A stretch of DNA of 64,000 bases, taken from the NCBI GenBank assembly GCA_040954595.2, contig CM082580.2, positions 10,270,390 to 10,334,389 on the forward strand. The letters are read 5' to 3'. The position numbers and the translations under genes were made by a program. The notes beneath the pieces are model-generated. The model was not told where the DNA came from, made no database searches, and was given only the letters and a program-made list of their open reading frames with translations. Source of the stretch: Balanoglossus misakiensis (Eukaryota; Animalia; Hemichordata). Position 1 is the first letter of the stretch, and each line of letters begins with the position of its first letter. Positions 35,864 to 50,800 of the stretch are shown here, piece by piece.

Positions 35864-38800
35864 CTGGAAAGCAGACAGAAAAATCAGGTTCAGGTTTCTT
35901 GCATCTTGACAAAGAAAGATTCACACATGGTACTTGACAAGACTCCCTTCTGTATACTACCAGTAACATACACAAAGTACCAAGGCACTTCAAATAAATG
36001 CGATTGGTCGTGACCTACCTTCCACAGGACAAAGATGATAAGAGCCAGGATAAGGAGGCCACAGATAATAGCCACGATGATGACCCAGATAGGAACGGGT
36101 AAAGTGCGGGGTGTAGGTTTGACAGTGATGGCCACACTTTTAATCTGAACGAAAAATAAAAACCAGAATGATAAGTTTTAGAACAGATTCATTTTCTAAT
36201 TTAAACATGTCCCCATGAATTTATCAGTTCCTGAGAAACCAATACTCCCTTCCAGTTTGATAAAAACGGTCAAAGTTAATCTCACCTCCTGCGTGGCCAA
36301 AGGGAAGAAATCTGGTTGAATTCTGTACGGCATACTGTTCACCTCAACGGATGCATTTGTTACGATGCCTGTTTGATCGTGACCAGACTGGGGAAAAAAA
36401 ATAAACATCCTTCAGTTAATAAGGATATTCAACCTGAAATTGGCCGGTTCATGTACCTCAATGAATCAATGTCAGATCTGTCTGTCTGCATGTCCATGTG
36501 CCTGAGTGTCACTGTTTATTGAATTATCTATGTACATGTACATTAGAACATGTACTGTATATGTACGTGTCTGGCTGTGTTACATTATACAGTCAAACCT
36601 GTCTATAGTGACCAGTCAAGGGACTTTACCAAACTGGCCTTTATAGACAGGTGGTCTTTATAGACAGGTTAATTTATACACATGTAAATTGTACAGGGAC
36701 TGTAACTAAGTGGCCACTATATAGAGGTGGTCACTAACACAGGTTTGACTGTATGTCCATGTTTTATGGGTTTGTCTATGTTTTATACATGTGTAGTGTT
36801 TATGTCTTTGTCTCTGCCTCATTATTACCATGTCTCTCTGTCTGTCTGTCAGTCTGTATGTCTACCCATCTGGCTTTGATGTCCCATAGTGTTTGTCTGT
36901 GTACCTTTACAGTGTTAACACTATAATACACTCTGTTCACCTTAACAAGTGTGTCCTTCCAAAGCCTTGACCTGACTTCAACAAATGCTGATTCATCACT
37001 GTTGAGCAAGAAGTCAACATTGCACTCGATCTCCACACATCTGGCTGTCCGGCAGTCCTGGTTTTAAACAAAAAGGGAATTAAATTAAAAATATAATAAT
37101 GGAAGAAATGTCAGTTAAACATTGGGTCTACGCAGCCGGAGGGTGGTGTTTGGTCAAGCAAAGCTAAAGTTCCCCTTTATAGAGAGGGAATTTGATATTT
37201 AACATTGCCTGGTGCTCAAGTTGAATGCCCGACTTACCACTGTATAACTGGGTTTCTGTGAATCTACAGCCCTCCTGTGTCTTTGCCCTCTCACGATGGC
37301 TTCCCTCCTGGTCTGGTTTGTCTTCACTACGAATTCATCATTTGTCTGAAACGTTACAAGCAGACATTCACAACACATCAGAAAAACTGCAGACGTATCT
37401 TTTGCCATGATATTTGCTCAGTATCTTACAATCTAATTCCGTGCCACTTTTTTCTAGAACATACCAAATAATGAAACTATACGAGGAAAGTTACATTGTA
37501 CTGTTTCGATTTCACTGACCTTGAGATTCTCTGGATTAAGTTCGCCTCGTATGATGCAAGCACGTCCGTTGATGAGTTCAACGTCTAGTAAGTACAGCAA
37601 ATGTTCACCCATTGGAGTGTATGCTGGCCAATCGATCCGAATTTTTGCACCGTCGATTGCACTGGGACCAAGATTTCGGAGCTTGAGGGACGAAACACAA
37701 AATAGTATAAAATCATTGGGTGAAACATAAACTATAGTGATCCTCAAACAAAACACAAACTTAGACTTGGGCTATTAAATAGTTGTTTGTTGAAGTTTGT
37801 TACCAGCAAATTAATTTTTTTTATCAAATCAGCACAGACAAGTTGTTCCTTGAATTATTAATAACAACAGGCAAACATAAAACAGTGCCCTGCAAAATGT
37901 GTGGCCACGTGTATTTATTTTCTTCTTCTATTTACCTCAATCAGATGTTTGACTTCTGGGCCAATGTCATCTTCATGTCCGATGGTAAATTCGGGGTCCA
38001 TGGCACGCGGCTTGAAAGTAATCTGTTCTGGGACTGAAAGACTGGGTGGACATAATAGTGAAAATATAAAGTTACACTTCCACACAGCAACTTTGAAATA
38101 AACTCAACTTTGTTCATATACATATATGTACATTATAAAACCTGTTCTCCAATACTGGATGGCGCCCTCATCAGACACATTGTACAGTACATTTGTTTTT
38201 ATATCTCATCTGCCCTCAGTTTACGTACTTACCCAGTGAATGATATGATTGATAGGACCTTCACAGGCAAAGATTTCAAAACAACATTGTCTGCTGTGGT
38301 GAAGGACTTTTCATCATTTGTGCTTTGATTTGAAATAAAAGAAATACAGTATGAGTCATATGATAAGGGAGAAAAGAAGATTATGAAAAATTGACAAAGG
38401 CTTGGCTTACCAAGGTAAAATGAAGCAGTAGTAACAGAATTAATACTTTTCAACACAAAAAAATCTTGTACCTATTTGCAGTGATGACAATGTCAATAGG
38501 TCTATCTGTTTCATTCATGCGTATAGTTGACAACGACAAGGCAAAACGAACCTGAAAATGAAAAAAAGGGAATTATTGCTAAGCAAGTGCATGCCCAGAA
38601 ATTTTTTTCATGCACAATAGCAGTCTTGCATCTGTGACGCACAGCCGTATTTTGTCCGCTTTGCTTCCAAAACTAATAGTTAAAACTAAAAGTTAATAAA
38701 CTATTAGTTTTGGAAGCAAAGCGGACAAAATACGGCTAGGTACTAGACTAATACTCTCCCCACTCAGGTGCAAAACACACACACATATGTACAATTTATA

Positions 38801-41800
38801 TTCATCATGTTCATTGTGTTGATCATTCACGGATCATTTACTGAGTAAAGCAGCCGCTCTCACTAGAGACCAGCTCTCACCCAGGGGACTGCTAGTCTTT
38901 CCACAAAACAGCAGTGTGTTTTGGGGTCATGATTACTGGGCCACTTATCCCAATAAATAATAGAAGACCATGCAACTTCAGATCAAACGAAATCCTTTCC
39001 CAGCCTCATCCCTCCACCACATGCCCCACGCATGAAAACAAACGTCCCAGTTTGATTCCTATGTGTTAATTGAGACCTTACATGTGTTTTTTAAACTTGA
39101 TGCACCCACCCCTAACTTCCTGTGTCACTGACCCACTTACATGTATATAGACATACATGCCAAAGATGGTAAACTTAAAAAGTGCAGTAAATTTTACTGC
39201 TAATGCCTGATATCTAATGTCATGGTAACCCTTCACTATATAAGCCAATGTTTCCACATTTTCAGGATTATGTACGTTATGGAACGAACATAAACAAAAT
39301 ACTGGAACCAACTATGGGGTACATGTATGTATGTGTAGAGTTCATCACCCCCAAACAACATCTGGGATTCATTTCTGCCACCACACAGTCTTGACCACCA
39401 GGACGATCAGGGCACTATATTTTACTGTGTCACAAAATTCCGACCGAGACTAAAAGAATGACTGTCCATTGTGTGTTTTGATTTCCGGCAGGTCAGGGAA
39501 GATCTGATTGCTGTTGGAGGGGAGGGGCTGTTTAAGCGGGTAATTTGCAATCTTTGTAATACTTAAGAAACATGCCCCCTGTCAAATGGCATCATTTCAA
39601 CAGCACAAAAAATAGAAGGCAGTCCACATTTAACAACAGAAAACTCCAGGGCTTCAACTAGACTTCCACAGTGCCAGCAAACCGATTCCAACTTACCCCA
39701 TGAAGTGCCTGCAGGGGATTGCCAGCATCACAAATAACCACCATACCCTCAGCACTATGAATATCAACGCATCCAATGGTGTATTCCTGCAAAAACATAA
39801 GAGAGAGAGTGAGTTTTTTCTGTGGCATTTGCAGAAAGATCATTTCCAGTCTTGACAATTCACATAAAAATTTGCCTAGTGGGTCAAAACACATACCGTT
39901 GCATTATGGGTAAAAATGCTGACAACTCTCTTCAGTTAGAAGAGATGATGTGTTATTACGTTATATCAAAAATTCTAGCTACACCCAGCAAATAAAAGAT
40001 ATTACTTAAACTTACTGTATCATCCAGTTTCTCAACTCTGATGTAGTCAAAACCCTTGGGAAGTTGTATTTCAACTTCTGTTTCAAAAGAATCTTCTCCA
40101 GCATTTGCAAGAGTGATCGCGATCTGCAGATTTTCACTGTCTCCAATGTATATGGCATCAGCATTTCTATAAAAAAAATATGAAATAGAAAAATCTCATC
40201 AAAGTATACGTACTTTTTTAGGAATGCTGATCGATCGTTCATGGCATCATTGTTACTTAGTGAACGCAAAATGACAGTTTTCTGACATTCATGTCTTTGC
40301 TACCCACTCATTGTAAAATATGAAAATATGATGGTGTGGCATATTGCAGTTATGATAACAGACAACAAAAACTTATCAAAAGTTCTTAACTTACATATCA
40401 ACACCGAGTTGTAAATCTGGAACACAGATTCTGTCTGGTCCACAATTATTCTGAATATATGCCTGTGGAGGAAACCAGAAATATATGCACAATGTCAATA
40501 CATTTACGTTTTAATTTGGAAAAAGAAACTAAGATAATTTACTCACAGCTTCTCTGAAATTTGAATGAAAATTTATCAAATCTAATCCAGGGTTTAAAAG
40601 TTTGCATGTTTCGCATTTTGTTCTTATCAATCAACTGCTCAGGTATCTAATAGATATTCTAGTTTTTAATCCATTTTAAATTATCTTCACAATAATTGGG
40701 GCGGACGGTAATCTGCAGCTGTGATCTGCAGCCCAAGCTGGAAACAAAGAACATTAAGCTATTCACAATTTGGATGGGAAACCTCAGCGACAAAATGCTC
40801 CAGTCCCAGATGATATCACCTTCCTGACACTAAATGACAGTAAACTTTGAGTGAATGGCCAAAAATGTAATTGAATCTATTATAGACTTTGCTCATGAAA
40901 ATTTCATTACCTCTGGAGACAGTATGACCTCAAAAATAGTGGGCCAGGTCGGGGAGTGGGCTTATAACCTCTGTTTGTAAACAGATTCAAACCAGCAGGG
41001 GCACACAGGAACATGATGGAGGGGTTTAGTTTAGGAAGTTTATGTTGGCCCTTCACAATACTGAATGTCTCTACGTTTCATGACGATTCAATGAAATGAA
41101 AGATGTATATGAATTTCAGTTGTATCTGCATTTTTACCGAGCTGACATTAAAAGCACTTTCTTCTCCGAGTATGTGACAAAATATGTAATGATGTGGTGT
41201 GATGAGATCAAAGGACTCAAATGGGCGCCCATTAATTTTAATGCTGAAAACACGACTTGGTGATCAATGCACATGATGCTACATATTCTACTCTGATGCG
41301 CTTCAAGTGGATACAGTTATAATGTTTAATGTGCGATGGAGGTGACGATCGACTGTAACCGTGGGGAAATTCTGCGATAATTCAGCGAGTAATCCATGTG
41401 AAAGGCAAGGTCAATTCTAATAGGACATTGCACTTGGTTATCCACCTGTATTATTCTCTTTATTATTCAAATTTTATAAAACAGGTTCTACAAGGCCGTT
41501 TGGTCTGGTGTACTTCCCTAACAACTGATCAGTGTATAAATTTACAAGCCTGTTTTGTAGCTGTGATTGGCTAACTTCTTTCACGAGAGCAGCCTGCAAA
41601 ACCGGTGCACACCAGGTGTGCGAGTAATGATTAACCCAATGGGATCACACCTAGCTCTTACCTGTTTTCTGATCTTGTTTGGACTGTACTGGTTGAGCAC
41701 AGGTTGCAGTTCATTGGGGCCACTGTTCTCCAGGAGTTTGTAGGTCATCTCCACGGCGATTGGTGAATATTTGTCAGTGACGTCATTCTGCAAGCGTACA

Positions 41801-44800
41801 ACGAAAAAAAATCAATAAACTTAGATCATCTCAACATAAAGTGCGAAATATAATACGAAAAAGAACAAGGTATCTGATGGATAAACATTCTTCAACAACA
41901 TACACACATGCCACTGATATCCCAATCAACGTAACACTAAAAGGCAGTTTAAACCAAGTGCCTTTAATTCGCAATAGCTAGAAAACTTATTAGAATGCGA
42001 ATTATAAGACGTTCTAATTTGACATTTTTACTCGCTCTGCAATTCACCCGATGCTCTTTGTGTAATTTCTATCATTCTGCTCAGAACTTCCCAATCATCT
42101 ATGTATTTATCTCAATGTGATGCGATTGCCAATGTCTGAATCTCCCCGGGGAATCAAAACTCTATTTTCAGATTCCTATCACGGTTGGTCCATTTTCCCT
42201 CATCTGTGCCCTAATCTCAACCTGCATGCATTGCTTCCTGATTGCAATGTGTCTGAGATATATAAAATGCATTGTTTTGTTTCTAGTTGTGATTACAGCA
42301 ATGTAGCACTTTGAAATTCACTCTCTCTCCCTCTCTCTCTCGCACAATCTCCCTCCCCCCTTCTCTCTCTCTCTGTCTCTCAATCTCCCTCCCCCTCTCT
42401 CTTCTCTCCCCCTCTCTGTCTTATCTTCAGTATCGCCAAAGGTCATGCCCACCTTGAGATAAACCCGGCTGCTTCCGCACCATTCGTTGTCTGCATCTTC
42501 AACCGTTATCTCGATGGTCTCCTGGCTCGACATTGTGTTCTGGAAATACACCCTCTTTTGGTGAGGTTTGAGCATGTCCAGGACACTGGTGAACGACAGG
42601 CCTGCAATGCAAACAGAGAGCGCAAATCTGAGTTTTGTGAGCTGGACTCAACAGGGCGACATTGTATGCTAGCATCCAGAGATTAGTTTTCCTGAACTTT
42701 TTTCCTAATATATGAAATTTGACAACAGAAAACGAACATACAATAAGTACATGTACATGTAGTTAATAAAATGTGACTTTGCAACATCCTTGTACAAAAC
42801 AATTATAGTTTTCATTTCATTTCAGTGTGTGCAGTGCTGCATAAGGACAATGCAATTGTGATTTTGGGGGGAGATTTAGTGGTAATCCATCACTGTCTGA
42901 TGGGGAGATGGATTTTGAGTTACGCGCTGCCAAGAGCAGATACTTTTTGAAATTTATGGCCATCTTTATCAGTCCTATCAGGCAATAAAAGAAAATGGTA
43001 GATGGCATTTAGCCCTGGCCTACTCCATATGTCAGAGTATTTAAGCATCAAGTTTACACAGCAAAGTAACCGACCACATTGAATGAAACTGCACAGTACT
43101 ATGTATTTACAGAAAGAAGTTTTTCCAATGGTTTTGTTGTTGATTTTGACACTATTGACTTTCCAGTCACTATTTGGTCTCTCTCTCTCTCTCTCCTTCT
43201 TCCCTCCCCCTGCTGTCTGTCTGTCTCTCTGTCTCAATCTGTGTGTGTCTCTCCCCTTAGCTCTCTCTCTTAATTATTTCCCCTTTCTTGAAAGCTTTTA
43301 AGTTTAACATGAGCTAACCACTTTCACTGGTCTTTTAAAACAAACAAAACTACTGTTGTGCAGAATTGAAATCATACGACGGACTGCAATTGATTTAATC
43401 AACTGTAACCAAGGATAAAGCATGGATTTTCAAATCCTTGTGTATGATATACAGTAATGGCATGATCTCATTTTGCGACTTATCGACGTATAAACTAAAA
43501 ACATTAACCTCTTTTCTGTTTCCAGATCTCTGTTTGGCGGTTTTCGTTCAACGATTTGAAGAAGGAAAGCACCATCAATCTAAGCCTTAAATGGAAGCAG
43601 ACAAAGCCAGTAACTGATTTTACGACCGTCAGATCAACGGATGGATGCCTTGACTAAAGCAGGTTAAAGCCCTCTGCTTCACTATGACAAATGGACCCTT
43701 TTTTTCCCTGAGTTGAACAAAGACAATGGCCATTGTTTGTCTTCTCCAAAACCATCCCTGTCTACCGGTGGTGCTAAATTCCCATCATGATTGATGGCAG
43801 GGAAAACTGCATGCATGTGCACACAATATATCTCCAGTTCTGCATCTCTCTGTAAAATCTACCCTGCATACGGCGGTCTCTAGAGGTTGGACTTGTATAA
43901 TTTTTCCATTTAAATGTAAAAAATTCATACAGACCCCTAACCCGATCAATATCCTCTCTCATTCATGGTCTCTTTGCAACTTGCAAAGATCACAGTGGCA
44001 AGAATCATATTTGCAATGGTCGTCCGTTGAGAGATTGCTGTTTACATTTATACAATGTATATCTTTGACAACCCATGACAAACTAAAACTTTTCAATTCA
44101 GGTTTATCAATTTTGTTTAGAATCTACTCTATTCAAATTTGGTTATCAAAAACCTTCATCCAAGTTCGAACTTGTGTTAGTATATATCTTCCGGTTTCTC
44201 AAAATTTTGAAATTCCTGGTAAAGACAACAGTACCCGTTCAGTGCCAATATTTTTTTCACTGCCAAATTTTAAGATTCAAATATTTTCTTCTGTAATCAA
44301 ATGTTTGTCGATTAAATATCACTTTTCCGTACAAATAATACTCAGCATGCAAAAATTGTTTCTGCTTTATGTGAGATTCCTTTTTTTCAGGGACATCGCA
44401 AGTTTATATCTCTTACTCCAGTTTGAGTTGACCTCATGACCTCCATTTACAACTGTTGATGTCGTTCCGTGGCCTCTGACAGGGTGAAAACTATCAATTC
44501 CAGGAGACCCTGGATGATGATGAGCTGTTCGCACATGCACACATTGCTGTATAGCAACTTATTTCAGAAACTTTTATGAGGTCCAAAGCCTGTCCTTGCA
44601 AAATTGCGTATAGCATCAGTCAATGGACCTGTATACAGCTCCCACCAACACCCCTACCCAAACCTGCCCTACATCATACCCCAGATTTTTTTAGGGGGGG
44701 GGGGAGAGGTTGTACATGTACATTGTACGTGCATGTAGATGAATACATATTCATCACAGGTCAATACAGTGGATAGGCACGAGAGAGATTGAAAGAATTG

Positions 44801-47800
44801 AAAGAAATGCAATAACTTTTTCCTTTTTTACCAGTAAAGTGATATTGATTATTTTGATTTCAAGAATGAAATGAATAATGGGAGGATGTTGTGCACCATT
44901 TAAGGAGGAGAACTGTCAAAGGCAGTGACCTGATTTCAATGAGGCAGAATAAATTGGAATAAAAATATAAAATGACGTTAAAATAATCACTTGAATGGTA
45001 AAAAGAAGGTGACGTTTGTCTCTCTGACTGAACAACAAAGCAACACAAAAGAGCAGACTGATAGCAATCTTGAATGTGGCTGATGCAGGTGTGATTGATG
45101 ACGCCAATTTGGAACCACTTTTTTTCCATAACGCGATGGATGGATATGCAATTCACCGTTGGGAGACGCAGGGAGAACGAAATGTTCACGACTGGAACTG
45201 TGAAAGATTGAGACAACATGATGGATGGCGGATTGAGGGGAGGCTTTGGAAGCGACTATCACACATGGATGCGGCAATTTGTCTGTGGTGTGTTTCAATA
45301 ATAAATGTATGAAATTGCCGGGACTTGCAAAGCTGGATTTGGAAGAAGGCCCATTGCCACCCGAAAAGCGTCTATTACAAATATAAAAAAAAACAATAAG
45401 ATTTTAAAGGTTTCCTTAGTTTCAGTCACCTCCTGGAAGATTTAAAACTCGAGATGGGTGGAGTGCCAAAACACATCCGAGTGGGTTCGGTTTATGAATA
45501 ACTCAAACTTTTTCACAGTTTTGTGTTTCAACATCAATAGGATATCGGTGATCCCATCACAACGCGGTTATGAGAACAACGGATTTCAGTCAGCAACACC
45601 TAGGCTGGGTTACTTAAAGTTCAACAAAGCTGTGAGTTTCGATAAAGCATGATTAAAATCAAAAGTTCGCACCCCATTGCACGGATGTACTGCAAAACCG
45701 CAGAGAAACATTTTAATATCTACTTTCATGTCTCCATCATGTATTTTAATAAGGTAAAGCTGTGACCATTATGAATACTGACGCAGATAACATCTAGAGA
45801 AACCAACTGGCTAGACTTTACGCGGGAAAATTGTACGTTGAAAAAGTAACACCTTCGCAGATTTATCCTCAAACCCCGACTCTGGGAGCGTAAACCGTAA
45901 ATCACGGTCACCGCAGTTTTCCAGAGGTGTCCCGTGGTGGATTAATTTGATCAAATGGACTGATGAAACACCCGATGCGACGCTACGAAACTTGTCAAAA
46001 GCAACACCTGATGAAATCGCACACTTTGCAGCAGGGTGTTGCGATTTCTGATGTGCATAAATTATCAATGATGGAAACCGCAGACTCCAAGTCGGTGGGT
46101 GTGACTGATTGTCAGAACAGCTAGGCCGAAGTAAGAACAGAGAACACCCCTTTCTCCATATGTGGTTTCTGTCAGTAACGTGGGTACTTTACTGATGAAT
46201 GGAAACCTTCTCATTTTTTCTGATCAAAAGTCAGAGTAAGTTTACACTCAAACATTTAAAGCACTTCGTGGCTGGAATTATTTCGGTCTTTATTTGAAAC
46301 TTGAGAAATCTCAATGCAGTTTTGTTCCCGTTGTTCAGTAAATCTACAGAAAAACATACCCCCACACGTAAAATCTTTGATGATATTGAAATCAGAGAGA
46401 CCACTTACATACTTTTTCCCACAGAAGATTTTGATAGGAAAAAGGACTTTCATATGTGCACTCACCGATGGTTTCAGGAACATTGACTCCGGAATATTCA
46501 AAACAGACCGACAGGGTAAAACTGAAATATATACAGATGATACAGGGTGTTATCAGAGGCAGTGGGTAAATAGACTGGGACAAATGGGCAAAAAATGGTG
46601 TATAAATAAACACCTGGGTAGGGCAGGCTATTATCAGGGAGTATGAGATTTCAAGGTAATCTGACAAATGGCCAAGTAGGTGTCAAATAAGCAAATGGGA
46701 TAAAAGCCTAAAAAGGTGAATAAATAAACACTTCATTAGCCGCTAGATTATCATCAGGATGTGAGTAAATATACTGGAATAAACAGGAAAAAATGGAGAG
46801 TAAATAAACGTCTATTTGCACAGTCAGGGGCAAGGAGAAAGTACTTGACTTCTGTCAACGTACCCAGTTTAGAAGTTTCTCATGGTGTCTTTCGAGGTGT
46901 GACTTTGGTCATAAGTATAAATTTACTTACATTTCAAAAAAGTGATTCTATTTTGGTTTGTGGGCATTTTTTATGGAACAGCTTCGAAACTGGTGTAATT
47001 ACTCTGAGAGCAAAGTTCTGGATTTTGTTTATTTCAGCTAGCCATTTGTAGCTGCAATAATCGTTAACACCTTGCACCGACACAAAAAATTACAGTTAGG
47101 GGGTGTGGCACGTCTTGTGAAATCAGAGATGTAGGTGACACCAGACCAATAAAATTGTGGTTTTAATGATGTTAGTCCTGGAGAATTGCCTTGTACAAAG
47201 AAACAAACCGCTGATTGCCTATCCCGGGCACTTTCCCTAGGAAGTGGTTTAATGTATCATCTTCCTTCCGTCCAAACAACCAACCGGACATTCAACCCTC
47301 CCTGTTTTAATTAATCACCAACGCTGGGAAGTGTTCTTCGGGGCAATGGAAACCACCACATGTGAAAGTAATCCTGGAGAAAGACCTTGGAATAAATGCG
47401 CTCAGTCAAAAGAGTAGATTACAACTCACCAGGCAACTTCTACACCATCAATCCTTGCGCACTCTTTCTTGTCCAGATCAATGAACTCCGGCAGGATAGT
47501 CACTTCAGGGACCACAGTCACCACGGGTCTGGACCTGTAGAGAAGGGGAAAAAGAAATTGTGACTTTATGATCAAATATTTCTAAGTGGTAAAATGCAGC
47601 ATACATGTATACATACTTCTTCCTTTAGTGAAAAACATAATTATTTAGCAAGGCATGATACTATAATGTTACAACTTTCAAATCATTAAATTCCAATTAC
47701 CGGTACATGGTTTCATCGTCAAATGAAGCACAAAAGCAGATCAGGAACTTGCACAACAAATATTTAATTTCCAACATATGATACACCATCAAATAATGCC

Positions 47801-50800
47801 ATGAAATTTCTTTTATTAGATATGATGCATTCTGGATATCTTTGTAATTACTTCACCGAAAATAAAGATTCCTCATCAATTGGTAATGTCAGTGTCTGTT
47901 AACCTACGGTACATGCAGTCAGACATACACGCCATTTAAGAATGATATCAGAATAACACAGACATGCTAAATCTAATGACCTTTTGCCAATAAGCCTTGA
48001 CCAGTCCCCTAAACACTTGATACGACTTTCAGCTGTTCAGAAAAAGGCTAAAAGAGTTTATCAAAGTGCATTGACTGCGATGATTGATTATCCTTAGCTG
48101 AGGTCACACGGCTGTGGAATTTTCACGTTCATTCATGGAATTGAGTTTAATATCGTCCGCGACTACAAAGCGACTCAGGGGTCACAATAATTCTTCACCG
48201 TGATGGTGGAGCTGTTTCGTGTCCCAGGAAAGTGGTGTTATCTGGTTTTAATAGTTCTCTTGGGAGCAGCTTTTTTATGAATTGGAATCCGATTGAAAAA
48301 TGGTAGGGCGATTATTTTATGCTTCCTGCCGACAGATGGGAATGTTCTGTAGGGGATTTGGACAGCTTAACGATACATTTGTGCCAATAGCCCACTTTTG
48401 GAGAACAAAAAAACCCTCAATAAATTATACTGAATCGTCAGCTTCTGGGAATTACCTACACCTTAAAATCACATGGTGTGCTTCCGTCGCTGTGGTGACG
48501 TTGGGAAACAATGTGGCATGCTGGGATCAATAGGATGTTGTCTGTGATCAAAGAAAGTTGTCCCATTTATTTACAAACTCTCTTGCTTTGAAAAGCACAA
48601 CTAAAGACAACACTGGATAGTAATTCTGCCACTTTGTACAAAACAGAGATTAAAGGTTCAATGGGTGGTTAACTTTCTGTTTATGGTTCTCTAGTAAAAC
48701 ATAGTAATTAGACTGATTGTTCTCTGTAATTACATCATTTAGGGATAAAACCCATTTGGGTTTTTACACTGTAAAGCCATTCACAGCAGTGTCAAAGCCC
48801 CCTCCTCCAAACATTTCATTTATGGAGAGTCGTTCACACCATCATGACAAGTAATTAGCTCTGTATAACCCTGATTTCATTGTCTATTTTACTTTTTCAT
48901 GTACTTTTCAGGATTATTTTGTTGACTTTGTCTTTCACTATATACATGTATACTGTTCATCTCTGCTACTTCTTTCATAACATGTTCTGTCAAAAACTGG
49001 TTTCTATTTTGGGAAACATGTATCATCTGCATCCAAACCCAAGCAATGCCCGCCACATCCCTTTTCTCCCGGAAAATTAATTTGGAAATTTCATCCACCA
49101 GTCTGCCACTTCAGAAAAGCAGACACATAAATAACAGTTATGTTTGACAGGCTGCAGAAGTCAGAGACCATTGCATTCCAGTGTGTTGACCTTGCCATGT
49201 TTTTCCATTCAGACTTCAATATAATTTCCATTACATGTACCTCAATAAACACTGTTTTTTTCTGAAAAGCCTGCCCAAATATGTCCTAAAATTCCAGATT
49301 TTAACAGGATTTCTTCCAAAGACACGTACACTGTACATGTAATTTTAGCATACACATGTATATAATTTTTTTAGACTCAGAGTGAGATGACACACAATTT
49401 GGGTGGTGCCCAAAGATTTTGCACCCGATCTGCCACACTGTGATAACTGTCGCTGACACAATCAATTTCCTGTATGAAATAACTCGACTCTTCAACCAAA
49501 TATGGCAACATCCCTGGTGAAATCAGAACGTATCTATGTGTGTAGGAGGACAGATGTACAGTGCATGAACAAATATACATCCACTAAGTGGCATAGTTTT
49601 GCGCTTCTCTGCCTTTGGATGACCTGACACAAATGTCACGGTCTGCTGGGAATGTAATTACTAAGTATGATGCTCACTGTTACAGTCAATATGACTCTAC
49701 CTGCAAAACATTCAGGTACTTGGTCAGGGGGGCGGGGTCTTCTTTTTAACTATTTTCTTTTTCTATAGACGTGTGTTTATAACCACAGGGGCATACAACA
49801 GATAGCTGATCAAAATACCTGCTTGAATGCAGATGGGATAGAGACCTGACCAATTTCCACACCTGAACTCCCCCAGGTCATCAATTTCTAGGCCAAACGA
49901 ACGTTAAAATGAGACTCCTTGGATCGATACACTTGCACACACAACTTTCCTAATATACAACTACTCCTACCAGCAAGTAGTCTATTTATAGTTTTCAGAA
50001 TCTCTGTAAATCATGACAGGTTAAACTAAAATCATAATTGGCACTAACACTGTACATACTAGTAACAATTACGAGATTTGAAACCAAGGCTGACAAACAA
50101 TTTGGAATATACCCTCTGATAGAGAGCGTAGTTAACCTAATTTCTATCCAATTTGCATTCTAATGCTGTGATTACACGAAGACTCAATCCCAAAGCAATC
50201 ACACCAGGGGCATCCATAATGACATCAATTGAGTTTACCATTCACTACAATTCCTTATAAAAATCCAATGTTTGCGTGCTAAATGTAATGTTAGGTAAAT
50301 TCATTATCGCTTTCCACAGCGCACTGTTATTTTTCACGAGGGGTTGGCAATGCAGGGGGATTTAGGGCTAATTCAACTTATGGGCCACTGTATGTTATTT
50401 GACATGACGTGCAACACTTCCAGTAGACTTGCCCCTGACAGGCTATTTGTAATTGCGCAGCTCAGAGTTGTTTAGCATTCAGTGGATTCAGTCAACTTTA
50501 ATCCAATCTTAAGCCGCTAATATTGCTAGACCTCAGGTGTACTGCTTTCCAAACTCTCCCAGCCAAGATTTAAACAACGCAGAACAAAAACAACTTCGAG
50601 CATTGATTTACGAGTTAAATCCCCAATAGTCGAATTTTTCACGATAAAAATCAGAATCTCTCAAAAATCTTTTCCAAAGTACCCTCCAGGTCATATCACT
50701 TTTCGTTAATTCATCCCCTGGCATAGTTTCATAAATCATTAATTGTTTCAACATTCTTTTTTTAAAATTCAGAAGTGAAACCATGTTTACAGAGGGGAAT

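Noticed and set aside
42817-43008. Candidate for the missing integrin thigh-domain exon
   Set aside because: No suitable donor; the correct exon (CFTLSVCFEYSGVNVPETIG) is at 46466-46521.
43981-44439. 152-aa plus-strand ORF
   Set aside because: AT-rich translation with no motif; likely chance or a decayed repeat.
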